32,000 nucleotides of DNA from an uncultured Opitutales bacterium (GCA_934660865.1 CAKUIA010000004.1:84237-116236), one strand, 5' to 3'; numbered from the stretch's first letter, positions 8,517 through 16,229 are shown. Translations and numbers: made by a program. The notes: generated by a model from the sequence alone, not told the origin.

Positions 8517-8676
8517 AGGTTGGAAATAAAAATATCGACTAATCGACATTTTCATTTATGAAAGGTCAAAATTGCCCTTTATTTTCAGTGCCGTCAATAT
8601 TTTTTTTCGTTTTTTTGAAAATTTATTAAAAATTGTTTTGCAATGGGCGCGCTTTTTCGGTTTTAATGCAAAAATT

Positions 8677-9108
8677 ATGAGTAAGGAAATAGAAGAATCG
8701 ACAGTTTGCAATATAGACTTTACAAAGCTAAAGAAAATAGCGGCATGCGGCTGCGATGTTATACCAGCAATAGCGCAAGACGCCGAAAGCGGCGAAGTTC
8801 TCATTGTAGGCTACGCAAACAAGCTCGCTTTGGAAACCGCCTTTAAGGAGGGCATGGCAACTTTTTGGTCTACCTCCAGAAACGAATTGTGGATTAAGGG
8901 CAAAACCTCGGGCGACTTTTTAAAGCTTGTAGACGTTTTGATTAACTGCGAGCAAAACTCGGTTGTCTACAAAGTAAAACTTATGGGCAAAGGCTGCTGC
9001 CACACAAAGAACGAAAAGGGCGAATCGCGCTTCGGCTGCTACTACCGCAGAATTGTGCAAAACAAAGACGGCTCGCTAGCACTTGAGTTCCTCGACGGCG
9101 CAAAGTAG
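8677..9108 (+). CDS. hisI: Phosphoribosyl-AMP cyclohydrolase (monofunctional HisI)
   Basis: 143 aa from the ATG at 8677. The upstream part of the track ORF is a low-complexity, Phe-rich extension. IPAIAQDAESGEVLIVGYANKLALETAFKEGMATFWSTSRNELWIKGKTSGDFLKLVDVLINCEQNSVVYKV...CCHTK...GCYY matches the HisI core, including the metal-binding Cys residues. Confidence 0.85.
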   Translation: MSKEIEESTVCNIDFTKLKKIAACGCDVIPAIAQDAESGEVLIVGYANKLALETAFKEGMATFWSTSRNELWIKGKTSGDFLKLVDVLINCEQNSVVYKVKLMGKGCCHTKNEKGESRFGCYYRRIVQNKDGSLALEFLDGAK

Positions 9109-9807
9109 GCTTAAAGCCGCTATCAATGCGCTGTCGGTACGCATTACCCTGTCGGAAACCATATTTGCCAGAACAAAACCGTTTTTGCGCAGAATGTCCC
9201 TTTCGGCATTGTTAAAACCCCGCTCGGCCCCGAAGGCCAGCAGGGTTTTTTGTTTTGCAGACGCCATTAGCACTTTCGACATTTTTTCACAAGCCTCGTA
9301 AATATCGGGGGCAACCCTTAGTGTGTCGGGGCTTTCGGGCAGGCTTTCCAGGCATTTTTCCAGCGATTCATAACATTCAAGCTCGGGCACAAAACAGTTG
9401 CACGCCTGCTGGGCGCCCTTGACAAACCACTTTTCGCATTCTTTGCCCGAATATAGCGAGGCTTTCATATAGTCTCTTTCGCCCTTTTCGGCTGCGTAAA
9501 AGCAAAGTTTTTTTACCCCGAAGCACGCGCACTCGAACAAAATTCTCTGCGCTATTTGCGGGCGGGCAAACGCCATTGCAACCGTTGTCTGCATTGGCTG
9601 CGCGCATTCCAGCTTTTCGGCGATTTCAAACGAGTAGCCCCCCGCTTTTTCGCGCACTTTCGCCTTGCATAAAAAGGCGTTCTTTACCGCGGCAAAAATC
9701 TCGCCGCCGTTCTGTGTTTTTAAATATTTTTTTATGTGCTCGGCTCTTTCGTCGCCGTATGGCAAAAAAGACATTTCTTCGGGGCTGTCGAACATTACGC
9801 AATTCAT
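9076..9807 (-). CDS. Divergent RsmE-like SPOUT methyltransferase (16S rRNA m3U1498 methyltransferase family)
   Basis: The C-terminus ...KTLLAFGAERGFNNAERDILRKNGFVLANMVSDRVMRTDSALIAALSLL aligns by eye with E. coli RsmE ...LLIGPEGGLSADEI...LGPRVLRTETTALTAITAL. The middle region resembles the ELGV...W.KI..A.EQ block. The start is placed at MNCVMFD (9807) because the longer ORF extension covers the GH92 terminator hairpin. Confidence 0.6.
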   Translation of the reverse strand: MNCVMFDSPEEMSFLPYGDERAEHIKKYLKTQNGGEIFAAVKNAFLCKAKVREKAGGYSFEIAEKLECAQPMQTTVAMAFARPQIAQRILFECACFGVKKLCFYAAEKGERDYMKASLYSGKECEKWFVKGAQQACNCFVPELECYESLEKCLESLPESPDTLRVAPDIYEACEKMSKVLMASAKQKTLLAFGAERGFNNAERDILRKNGFVLANMVSDRVMRTDSALIAALSLLCAVEELKC

Positions 9808-9898
9808 AAAAACATAAAAGAAAACAGCCGCAAAAAACGCAAGCCTAGAAGCTTTTTGCGGAAAATCGGGGCAACGCATTTTCAAAAAAAATCTGATA

Positions 9899-9936
9899 CA
9901 AAAAAACCGCGCCCCTGCAAACGGCAAAAGCGCGGT
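9899..9936 (-). terminator. Intrinsic terminator after the GH92 gene
   Basis: Minus-strand RNA ACCGCGC-(17 nt)-GCGCGGU is followed by UUUUUUUG. It lies 27 nt downstream of the GH92 stop. Confidence 0.5.
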
Positions 9937-9962
9937 TTTGTTTTTGCAAAGAAAATTAAAAA

Positions 9963-12272
9963 CTACTTTGTCATAGAGCTAGGCGCGCTTTCTTCGGCTA
10001 CGCCCCTGGAGGTGTTGGGCTTGTCGGACATTTCCATTACAATTTCGCCGCCCTTTCTAAGCTGGTCGAATGTAAAGAAGTTTTTGTCGTACTTTTTGCC
10101 GTTAATTTTAAGCGACTTAATATATACGTTTTCGGGAGAGTTGTTTTTTGCCTTAATTGTAAGGGTTTTGCCGTTCGGCATTTCAACTTCCACCTTTTTA
10201 AACAACGGCGAACCTATTGCAAACTCGCCGTCTACGGGGCATACGGGGTAAAAGCCCAACGCCGAGAACACATACCAAGCCGAAGTTTGGCCGTTGTCTT
10301 CGTCGCCGCAATAGCCGGCAACTTCGGGCTTGTACAGTTTTTGCATTATCCGCCTTGCCCAATACTGCGCCTTCCACGGCTGGCCAAGCCAGTTATATAT
10401 ATACACGCCGTGCTGTATGGGCTGGTTGCCGTGCGCATATTGCCCGAAATTCATAATCTGCATTTCCCTGATTTCGTGTATGACAACCTTGTATGCGCCC
10501 ACATCGAAAACGGGGGCCATTGCAAACATATTGTCCAGCTGCTTTGCCGCCTTTTCCTTGCCGCCCATAAGCTTTGCCAAGCCGTTTATGTCGTGGAAAA
10601 CGCTCCAAGTATATTGCAGCGAATTGCCCTCGGTAAAGTCGCCGCCCCACTCTACGGGATTGAAATTCTTTTTAAATTCGCCTTTCGAGTTGCGGCCAAC
10701 CATAAGCGAATATTTTTCGTCGAACAGATTGCGGTAGTTTTGGGCGCGCTTTGCAAATTTTTCCACGGTGGCTTTGTCTTTGCCCAAAGCTTGGGCAAAC
10801 TTCATTATGCAATAGTCGGCATAGGCGTATTCAAGCGTGCGCGCCGCGCTTTCCTTTAGGTTTATGTCGTTTGGAACGTAGCCTAAAGCATTGTATTCCT
10901 TTGCGCCCGCCCTGCCCAGCGAATTGTTCTTTTCGCAGAAAGACTCGGCTCCTTTGTTCATTGCCTGCCACAAAACCTCGCCGTCGGCCGCGCTTTTCGA
11001 CACAAACAAATACGCGCTTGCCGCAATAGACGACGAGTTCGAGCCAATCATGCAATTTACATACCCCGGCGACGCCCATTCGGGGAACCAGCCGCCCTCT
11101 TTGAAGGTGTTTTGCATGCCCTCTAAAACCTTTTCGCTCTGTTCGGGCAAAAGCAGGTTAAAGAAGGGGTGTACGGCTCTGAAAGTGTCCCAATAGCCGT
11201 TGTCGGTGGTCATTTGCCCCTTTTCTATCTTTCCGTTGAAGGGGCTGTAGTGTATTTTGTTGCCGTCTTTGTCTATTTCGAAAAAGTCGCGCGGGAACAG
11301 CAATGTTCTAAAGAAAGTCGTATAGAACATTTTTACATTCGGGTAATCGTCTATGTCGTCGTCGCAAACGCGTATCTTCGAAAGATACTTGTTCCACTGC
11401 GCTTTGCTTTGCGCCCTGCATTCGTCGAACGAGTTTTCGGCAAGCTCCCTTTCGAAATTAAGCTCGGCCTGCTGCATGCTTATAAACGAGGTTGCAATCT
11501 TTATGTTAACCGGCTCTCCCTTTTTGGTTTTAAAGGTTAATATTGCGCCTTTTTGCGCGTCGCTATCTTTTGTTTGCAGTTCGCCGTCGTATATGCTCTT
11601 GCCGTCGAACACGGCATACGCCGCCAAAGGCTTGTCGAACTTAAGGACAAAATAGTTTGCAAAGTCGCCCTCGGCGCGCCTGCCGCGCGAATTTATCCAA
11701 ACGCTTTTGCCCACTACCATATTTTTTTCGGGAATTATCTTTACAAAAGATTTCCCCGAAAGGGCGTCTATAACAAAGTTGGCCTTGTCGGAATCGGGAT
11801 AGGAAACGCGCATGTGCGCGCCCCTTGAAGTTGGCGTCAGCTCTAAGGTGGTGTCGTAGTCGGCCAAATATACGCTGTAATAGTTGGGCTTTATGGTTTC
11901 GGCCTTGTGCGAAATCCAGCTTTGCCTGTCTTTTTCCAAACACTTTTTTTCGCCGACAGTAGGCATAAAGCAAAGCGGGCCGTAGTCGCCTATCCAGGGG
12001 CTCGGCTGACGCGTTAGCCTAATTGCACTAAACATTGTATCCGAATACGCATACCACCAGCGCTTTGAATAGTCCTTCGACTGCGGCGACCAAAAATTCA
12101 TGCCGAAAGGCACCGCAATGCAGGGATACAAATTACCCGACGACAATTCCTTTACCGAATCGCTGCCCGCCTCGGGCATAACGTATTTTGTAAAGTCTTT
12201 TTCTTTGTCTTGCGCCGCAAACAAAGCGCACGAGGCAAGACACACCGCAAACATATATATCTTTTTTACCAT
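9963..12272 (-). CDS. Secreted glycoside hydrolase family 92 (alpha-mannosidase-like)
   Basis: 769 aa from MVKKIYMFAVCLASCALFAAQ (signal peptide). The C-terminal region HGNQPIQHGVYIYNWLGQPWKAQYWARRIM...GYCGDEDNGQTSAWYVFSALGFYPVCPVDGEFAIGSPLF...NSPENVYIKSLKINGKKY matches the GH92 signature block. Confidence 0.9.
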   Translation of the reverse strand: MVKKIYMFAVCLASCALFAAQDKEKDFTKYVMPEAGSDSVKELSSGNLYPCIAVPFGMNFWSPQSKDYSKRWWYAYSDTMFSAIRLTRQPSPWIGDYGPLCFMPTVGEKKCLEKDRQSWISHKAETIKPNYYSVYLADYDTTLELTPTSRGAHMRVSYPDSDKANFVIDALSGKSFVKIIPEKNMVVGKSVWINSRGRRAEGDFANYFVLKFDKPLAAYAVFDGKSIYDGELQTKDSDAQKGAILTFKTKKGEPVNIKIATSFISMQQAELNFERELAENSFDECRAQSKAQWNKYLSKIRVCDDDIDDYPNVKMFYTTFFRTLLFPRDFFEIDKDGNKIHYSPFNGKIEKGQMTTDNGYWDTFRAVHPFFNLLLPEQSEKVLEGMQNTFKEGGWFPEWASPGYVNCMIGSNSSSIAASAYLFVSKSAADGEVLWQAMNKGAESFCEKNNSLGRAGAKEYNALGYVPNDINLKESAARTLEYAYADYCIMKFAQALGKDKATVEKFAKRAQNYRNLFDEKYSLMVGRNSKGEFKKNFNPVEWGGDFTEGNSLQYTWSVFHDINGLAKLMGGKEKAAKQLDNMFAMAPVFDVGAYKVVIHEIREMQIMNFGQYAHGNQPIQHGVYIYNWLGQPWKAQYWARRIMQKLYKPEVAGYCGDEDNGQTSAWYVFSALGFYPVCPVDGEFAIGSPLFKKVEVEMPNGKTLTIKAKNNSPENVYIKSLKINGKKYDKNFFTFDQLRKGGEIVMEMSDKPNTSRGVAEESAPSSMTK

Positions 12273-12340
12273 AACATAGCGATAGTTTAGCAAAAGGCTC
12301 TTTTCAAGTAAAAATTTACCCCTTAAAAGCAAAGTAAAGC

Positions 12341-12372
12341 GAAAGCGCGCTTGGAATTCAAAGCGCGCTTTC
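12341..12372 (-). terminator. 32-nt near-perfect palindrome or hairpin downstream of the dnaA-small ORF unit
   Basis: GAAAGCGCGCTT-GGAATTCA-AAGCGCGCTTTC contains two copies of the self-complementary AAGCGCGCTT and gives a 12-bp stem. On the minus strand GCUUUACUUUGCUUUU follows. Confidence 0.4.
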
Positions 12373-12427
12373 AACATTTTAATTTTACAATCCTGCCCGC
12401 GGCAAACTTTTTGCCCCGCTAATCCCG

Positions 12428-12757
12428 CTAATATTTGCGTTCTACGCTTTTGCCCGACGCCGTTTTTACAAGCAAAACGCCGCCTATTCTGCGCAACACC
12501 AGTTTCTTGTAGTTTTCGCCGTCTACGGGTTTAATTTCCTCCAAATATTTGCCGTCTACCAATTCGGAATAGGCAACCTGCCTATATTCGTTTTCGGTTA
12601 AATAGGCCTTTGCCGCCAATATAATACGGCCTAGGTTGTCGTCTATTGCCGACTTTTTTTTGCTTGTTTCGACATAGTTTTGCAGCGCATAAACGCCCAA
12701 CGCCAATGGAACAACCACCGACAGCGCCATTGCAATCTCCCTGAAAAACTTTGCCAT
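12428..12757 (-). CDS. Hypothetical small membrane-anchored protein (109 aa)
   Basis: One N-terminal TM (IAMALSVVVPLALGVYAL) is followed by a soluble domain of about 85 aa. The start lies 7 nt after the dnaA stop. The layout (TM, then ...NLGRIILAAKAYLTENE..., then ...LVDGKYLEEIKPVDGENY) resembles pseudopilin-like proteins of PVC bacteria, but there is no prepilin cleavage motif. Confidence 0.6.
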   Translation of the reverse strand: MAKFFREIAMALSVVVPLALGVYALQNYVETSKKKSAIDDNLGRIILAAKAYLTENEYRQVAYSELVDGKYLEEIKPVDGENYKKLVLRRIGGVLLVKTASGKSVERKY

Positions 12758-12764
12758 TTTCGCG

Positions 12765-14126
12765 CTATTCCGAAAGCACTTTTATAAAGTGGTCTACATA
12801 ACCCTTTATGCTCGGCTCGCATTCCATCTGCTCGCCTACAACCTTCATTGCGTGTATAACGGTGCCGTGGTCTCTGCCGCCGAACTGTCGGCCGATTTCC
12901 TCGAGCGTCTTTTCCTTCATAAGGGTTTTCGACAAATACATCGCTATTTGGCGGGCAACCACAATGTTGGCGGTTCTGCGCCTTCCCGTTATCTCGGCAA
13001 TGTCTATGTGAAAATACGAGGCAACCGTTTCCTGAATCTTTTGAATGTCCAAATTGCCGACGTCTTGAGAAAGGAAATCGGCCAAAAGCCCCTGCGCCTT
13101 TTCCAGGGTAAGGGGGGTTTTTACAACCGCACAATACCCCGAGAGCCTGTTTAATGCCCCTTCTAGCCTGCGCACGTTTTTGGTGATTTTTCGGGCGACA
13201 AAATCCAGTATTTCCGACGACACTTCAAAGCCCATCGCCGACGCCTTTTTCATTAAAATCGCCAATCGTGTTTCGTAGTTGGGGGTTTGAATGTCGGCCG
13301 AATAGCCCCACTCAAAGCGGGAAATCAGCCTTTCTTCGAGTTTGGGAATTTCGTTGAAAGGCCTGTCGGAGGTAAGCACGATTTGCTTGCCCGATTCGAA
13401 CAGGTCGTTAAAGGTATGGAAAAACTCCTCCTGTATGCCCGTTTTGCCTGCAAAGAATTGTATGTCGTCTATCATCAAAACGTCTACATTGCGGTAGCGT
13501 TTGCGGAAATCCGCCATTTTGCCGTCTTTAATGTCGCGTATATACTCGTTTAGGAAGCGCTCCGAAGTTGTATATACAATGGACATTTCGGGGTTATTCT
13601 TAAATATAAAGTGGGCTATGGCGTGCATAAGGTGGGTTTTGCCCAAACCTGTCGAGCCGTATATGCACATGGGGTTGTATACCCTGCCGGGAGCGTTTGC
13701 CACGGCCAGCGCAACGGCATGCGCCAACTGGTTGCTTTCGCCTATAATGAAGTTTTCGAAAGTGTTTTTCGGGTTTATATTCGGGGCTTTCGGCTTCGGT
13801 TTCGGCATCGATACCGCGCGCTGCACCTTTTCGGGGGCTTCGGCAGGCTGTGCGGGCTGCGCATTTTGGCAAAGAACCCTAACCGACGCGTTTCTGCCCA
13901 AGGCCATGGAAATGTGCCTGCGTAGCAAGTTCGAATAGTTGTCGTTTATCCACAAGGCTGCAAAGTCGTTGTTTGCCGACAAAACGTAGTTGTCGCCCTC
14001 GCATGCAACAAGCTGCATACCGGCAAACCATTCCGAATACGTTTCTGCCGACAAAAGGCTTTCCAATTCGCCCTTTACCGTGTCCCAAACCTGTTGGGGT
14101 GTATACTGTGTTGAAATGTCTTCCAT
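12765..14126 (-). CDS. dnaA: Chromosomal replication initiator protein DnaA
   Basis: 453 aa from MEDISTQ (ATG is the complement of 14124-14126; the track ORF begins at an upstream TTG). It has a Walker A (IYGSTGLGKTHLMHAI), Walker B (VLMIDDIQF), sensor regions and the C-terminal DNA-binding domain (...RRTANIVVARQIAMYLSKTLMKEKTLEEIGRQFGGRDHGTVIHA). Confidence 0.95.
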   Translation of the reverse strand: MEDISTQYTPQQVWDTVKGELESLLSAETYSEWFAGMQLVACEGDNYVLSANNDFAALWINDNYSNLLRRHISMALGRNASVRVLCQNAQPAQPAEAPEKVQRAVSMPKPKPKAPNINPKNTFENFIIGESNQLAHAVALAVANAPGRVYNPMCIYGSTGLGKTHLMHAIAHFIFKNNPEMSIVYTTSERFLNEYIRDIKDGKMADFRKRYRNVDVLMIDDIQFFAGKTGIQEEFFHTFNDLFESGKQIVLTSDRPFNEIPKLEERLISRFEWGYSADIQTPNYETRLAILMKKASAMGFEVSSEILDFVARKITKNVRRLEGALNRLSGYCAVVKTPLTLEKAQGLLADFLSQDVGNLDIQKIQETVASYFHIDIAEITGRRRTANIVVARQIAMYLSKTLMKEKTLEEIGRQFGGRDHGTVIHAMKVVGEQMECEPSIKGYVDHFIKVLSE

Positions 14127-14214
14127 TGTTGTTTTTATGGCAATTATTAACAATTTGCGGCTTTTGTGTGTCTGCTGTTTTTAAGGGTGCGCTTTTCGTT
14201 GTGTTTCTTGTTGT

Positions 14215-14223
14215 TTATCCGCA
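14215..14223 (+). promoter_or_regulatory. DnaA-box-like 9-mer TTATCCGCA (1 mismatch to TTATCCACA)
   Basis: Read directly from the sequence. It lies 89 nt upstream of the dnaA ATG. Confidence 0.4.
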
Positions 14224-14341
14224 GTTTACGCACCATAATTATTTAAAATGCCGCCCGCAATAATATCCTTAAGTTAATGATTACCAGTGTATTGTAAAAT
14301 GTTGATTTTTAGCCGATTTTCGCCGAAGACAATGGCAAATG

Positions 14342-14350
14342 TTATCCGCA
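14342..14350 (+). promoter_or_regulatory. DnaA-box-like 9-mer TTATCCGCA (second identical copy)
   Basis: Read directly from the sequence. It has the same orientation as the 14215 copy. Confidence 0.4.
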
Positions 14351-14424
14351 AAGCCCGCTTCTTTGAAAACTTTAAGCATATTCTACCAAAAATTTCCCAG
14401 TTTCAAGCATAAGTTTTAAACAAG

Positions 14425-14449
14425 TTATTCACATTTCGATTGTGAATAA
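14425..14449. promoter_or_regulatory. Inverted pair of DnaA-box-like 9-mers, TTATTCACA-N7-TGTGAATAA
   Basis: Read directly from the sequence. Each arm has 1 mismatch to the TTATCCACA consensus. It could alternatively be just an AT-rich hairpin. Confidence 0.35.
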
Positions 14450-14492
14450 AAAATCGGCAAAAAACCGATTTTTCGCTTGATTTTTTGCCGGA

Positions 14493-15470
14493 CTAGTTTT
14501 TGCGCCGCTTTGCGGGATTTTTTTGCCCCGCAAACAGCAAAAACAGCAAAAGCGCCGCCAGCAATCCCGTGGCCATGTACGAATCGGTAACCCAAACTCC
14601 GCCGAATACAACCCTCAATTCGTCGGCTTTCGGAGATACAAATGTACCGTACAAGGCTATTGCCAAAACCGCCGCCGCATGGAACCCCACGGGCGCATAC
14701 AGCGTTTTTGCCCTTAAAAACATGGCGCACAAAACGCACCCGAACAAAAATAGCGAAAGATATGCCAGAAGGTTAAACGTCATGAATATGCCTACGGTAT
14801 CGTACCAGGCAACCTGAAAGCCCGTATACCAACTTGCGCTGTGCAAATCAAGCCCGCCGATAAAGCTGGGCACTTTAAAATGTTTGTAGGCAAAAAACAT
14901 AGACGAAAGCACTATCCCGAAAAACATTCCCCAGGCGGTGTAAAACGAGCGCATAATCAAATCCCTAAAAAGCAGCTCTTCTAGCAAGCCCAAAAACAAT
15001 GTGGCAAAAAAGACCTTGCCCAAAACCCCAAAAAATTCGCCGCAGGAAATGCTTTTAAATTCGCAGTCGGTAAACAAAAGCTGCATTGCAAACATAAAGG
15101 CCAACAAAAGCAGCCCCAACAGATAGTATTTTGCAAATTCCGCCAGCGACCTGGAATTTATTTTCATTCGCAGTGCGCCGAGGCTTGTAAGGCGGCATTT
15201 AACAAAAACAACAGGCAACGCCAAAATTATGGCGACATATCTTGCCCTGTCGAAAAACACGTCCACCCCCTTGCCCGCAAGCCATGTCAGCGTTCCGTTG
15301 TCGGGGTGCGTTTCGTGCAGGTATTGCGCCAACCAAAACGCGGGCGGGGCAAATATTGCGCCCAGTATTGTCGACAAGACATACGCGACAATGAAAACGT
15401 ATGCCCCCTTTATAGAACGCTGCCCGTCTTTTAAGCCGAACAGCAACAAATTTGTGTTTTCGTTAGCCAT
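14493..15470 (-). CDS. CPBP family intramembrane glutamic endopeptidase (CAAX protease / Abi family)
   Basis: This is a polytopic membrane protein with the family motifs EELLFRDLIMRS (EExxxR), FAYKHF (FxxxH) and GFHAAAV. The start is ambiguous: ATG at 15470 or 15524, or GTG at 15542. Confidence 0.85.
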   Translation of the reverse strand: MANENTNLLLFGLKDGQRSIKGAYVFIVAYVLSTILGAIFAPPAFWLAQYLHETHPDNGTLTWLAGKGVDVFFDRARYVAIILALPVVFVKCRLTSLGALRMKINSRSLAEFAKYYLLGLLLLAFMFAMQLLFTDCEFKSISCGEFFGVLGKVFFATLFLGLLEELLFRDLIMRSFYTAWGMFFGIVLSSMFFAYKHFKVPSFIGGLDLHSASWYTGFQVAWYDTVGIFMTFNLLAYLSLFLFGCVLCAMFLRAKTLYAPVGFHAAAVLAIALYGTFVSPKADELRVVFGGVWVTDSYMATGLLAALLLFLLFAGQKNPAKRRKN

Positions 15471-15626
15471 TATGGAGCAGATTATTGATTTTTTGCCGCA
15501 TTTTGCGAGAAAATTTTGGCGCATATCTTTAAAAATACGCACAAAAAGCCCAAAAATGCGCCCATTTTGGAGCTATTTGCATAAAAAACTGTTGAGAAAT
15601 AAATTTTTTTGCGAAAATATTTTATT

Positions 15627-16229
15627 ATGGAAGAATACAACGGCATAGAGGAAATGCTTAAACGCAAAGCGCAAAGAATAGACGCGCTAAAAACGCTTAC
15701 CCGCGAAATTGTAGGCGACGCAAAAAAAATCACGCTGGAAATCGGCTGCGGCAAAGGCCATTATCTTAGCAGCTATGCCGCGGCTCACCCCAAGGAACTT
15801 TGCATCGGCATAGACCTTATTTCCGAAAGGATAAAAGATTCGAAACGCCGCGCCGAAAAAAAGGGTGCTGCAAACGCCCACTTTGTAAAGGCCGAAGCCG
15901 GCGAATTTTTGGCCAGCCTGCCCGAAGGCTGCGTGCTTGAAAACATATTCATTATGTTCCCCGACCCGTGGCCGAAAAAACGCCACCACAAAAGAAGGCT
16001 TATACAAGAGCCATTCATAGACACTTTAAGGACAAAATGCTCGCCCGAAAGCGTATGGTATTTTAGAACCGACTACGACGAGTATTTTGAATGGGCAAAA
16101 GACGTTGTAAACGCCTCGCACACCTGGCGCATAGACGAAAACACAGTGCTTCCTTTCGAAGAGGTTTCGCAGTTCCAGCGCATATTAAAGGTATACAATA
16201 CCTTTGCAGCCCGCCCCGTATTCGAATAA
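15627..16229 (+). CDS. trmB: tRNA (guanine-N7)-methyltransferase TrmB
   Basis: It contains LEIGCGKGHYL, IGIDL, and FIMFPDPWPKKRHHKRRLIQEPF...TD.DEY. The ATG at 15627 is preferred over the TTG at 15609. Confidence 0.9.
   Translation: MEEYNGIEEMLKRKAQRIDALKTLTREIVGDAKKITLEIGCGKGHYLSSYAAAHPKELCIGIDLISERIKDSKRRAEKKGAANAHFVKAEAGEFLASLPEGCVLENIFIMFPDPWPKKRHHKRRLIQEPFIDTLRTKCSPESVWYFRTDYDEYFEWAKDVVNASHTWRIDENTVLPFEEVSQFQRILKVYNTFAARPVFE

Larger units (their letters stand above)
14154..14492. other. Candidate oriC / dnaA promoter-operator region (AT-rich spacer with DnaA-box-like 9-mers)
   Basis: This non-coding spacer lies between the dnaA start and the CPBP stop. It contains TTATCCGCA twice (same orientation), an inverted pair TTATTCACA/TGTGAATAA, and an AT-rich stretch at about 14230-14320. 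Confidence 0.4.

Noticed and set aside
8572-8676. N-terminal extensions of track ORFs: hisI (8572-8676), GH92 (12273-12377), rsmE-like (9808-9927), dnaA (14127-14153, TTG), proS (23918-23965), GH97 (27576-27605), Nim-like (19438-19467).
   Set aside because: The extensions are low-complexity, overlap terminator hairpins or promoter regions, or precede an obvious signal peptide or canonical N-terminus. Internal ATG starts were preferred.
12643-13134. A 163-aa minus-strand ORF overlapping the dnaA 3' end and the small membrane ORF.
   Set aside because: It is off-frame within DnaA's conserved C-terminal domain. It has an Arg/Gly/Cys-rich composition and no support.
15482-15565. A 27-aa hydrophobic mini-ORF (MGAFLGFLCVFLKICAKIFSQNAAKNQ) ending 11 nt upstream of the CPBP protease ATG. 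It is tempting as a leader or substrate peptide, since CPBP/Abi proteins are often linked to small peptides.
   Set aside because: It is too short to support from sequence alone. It overlaps alternative CPBP start codons (15524, 15542) in another frame, and I see no RBS or conservation evidence. It would need ribosome profiling or comparative data.
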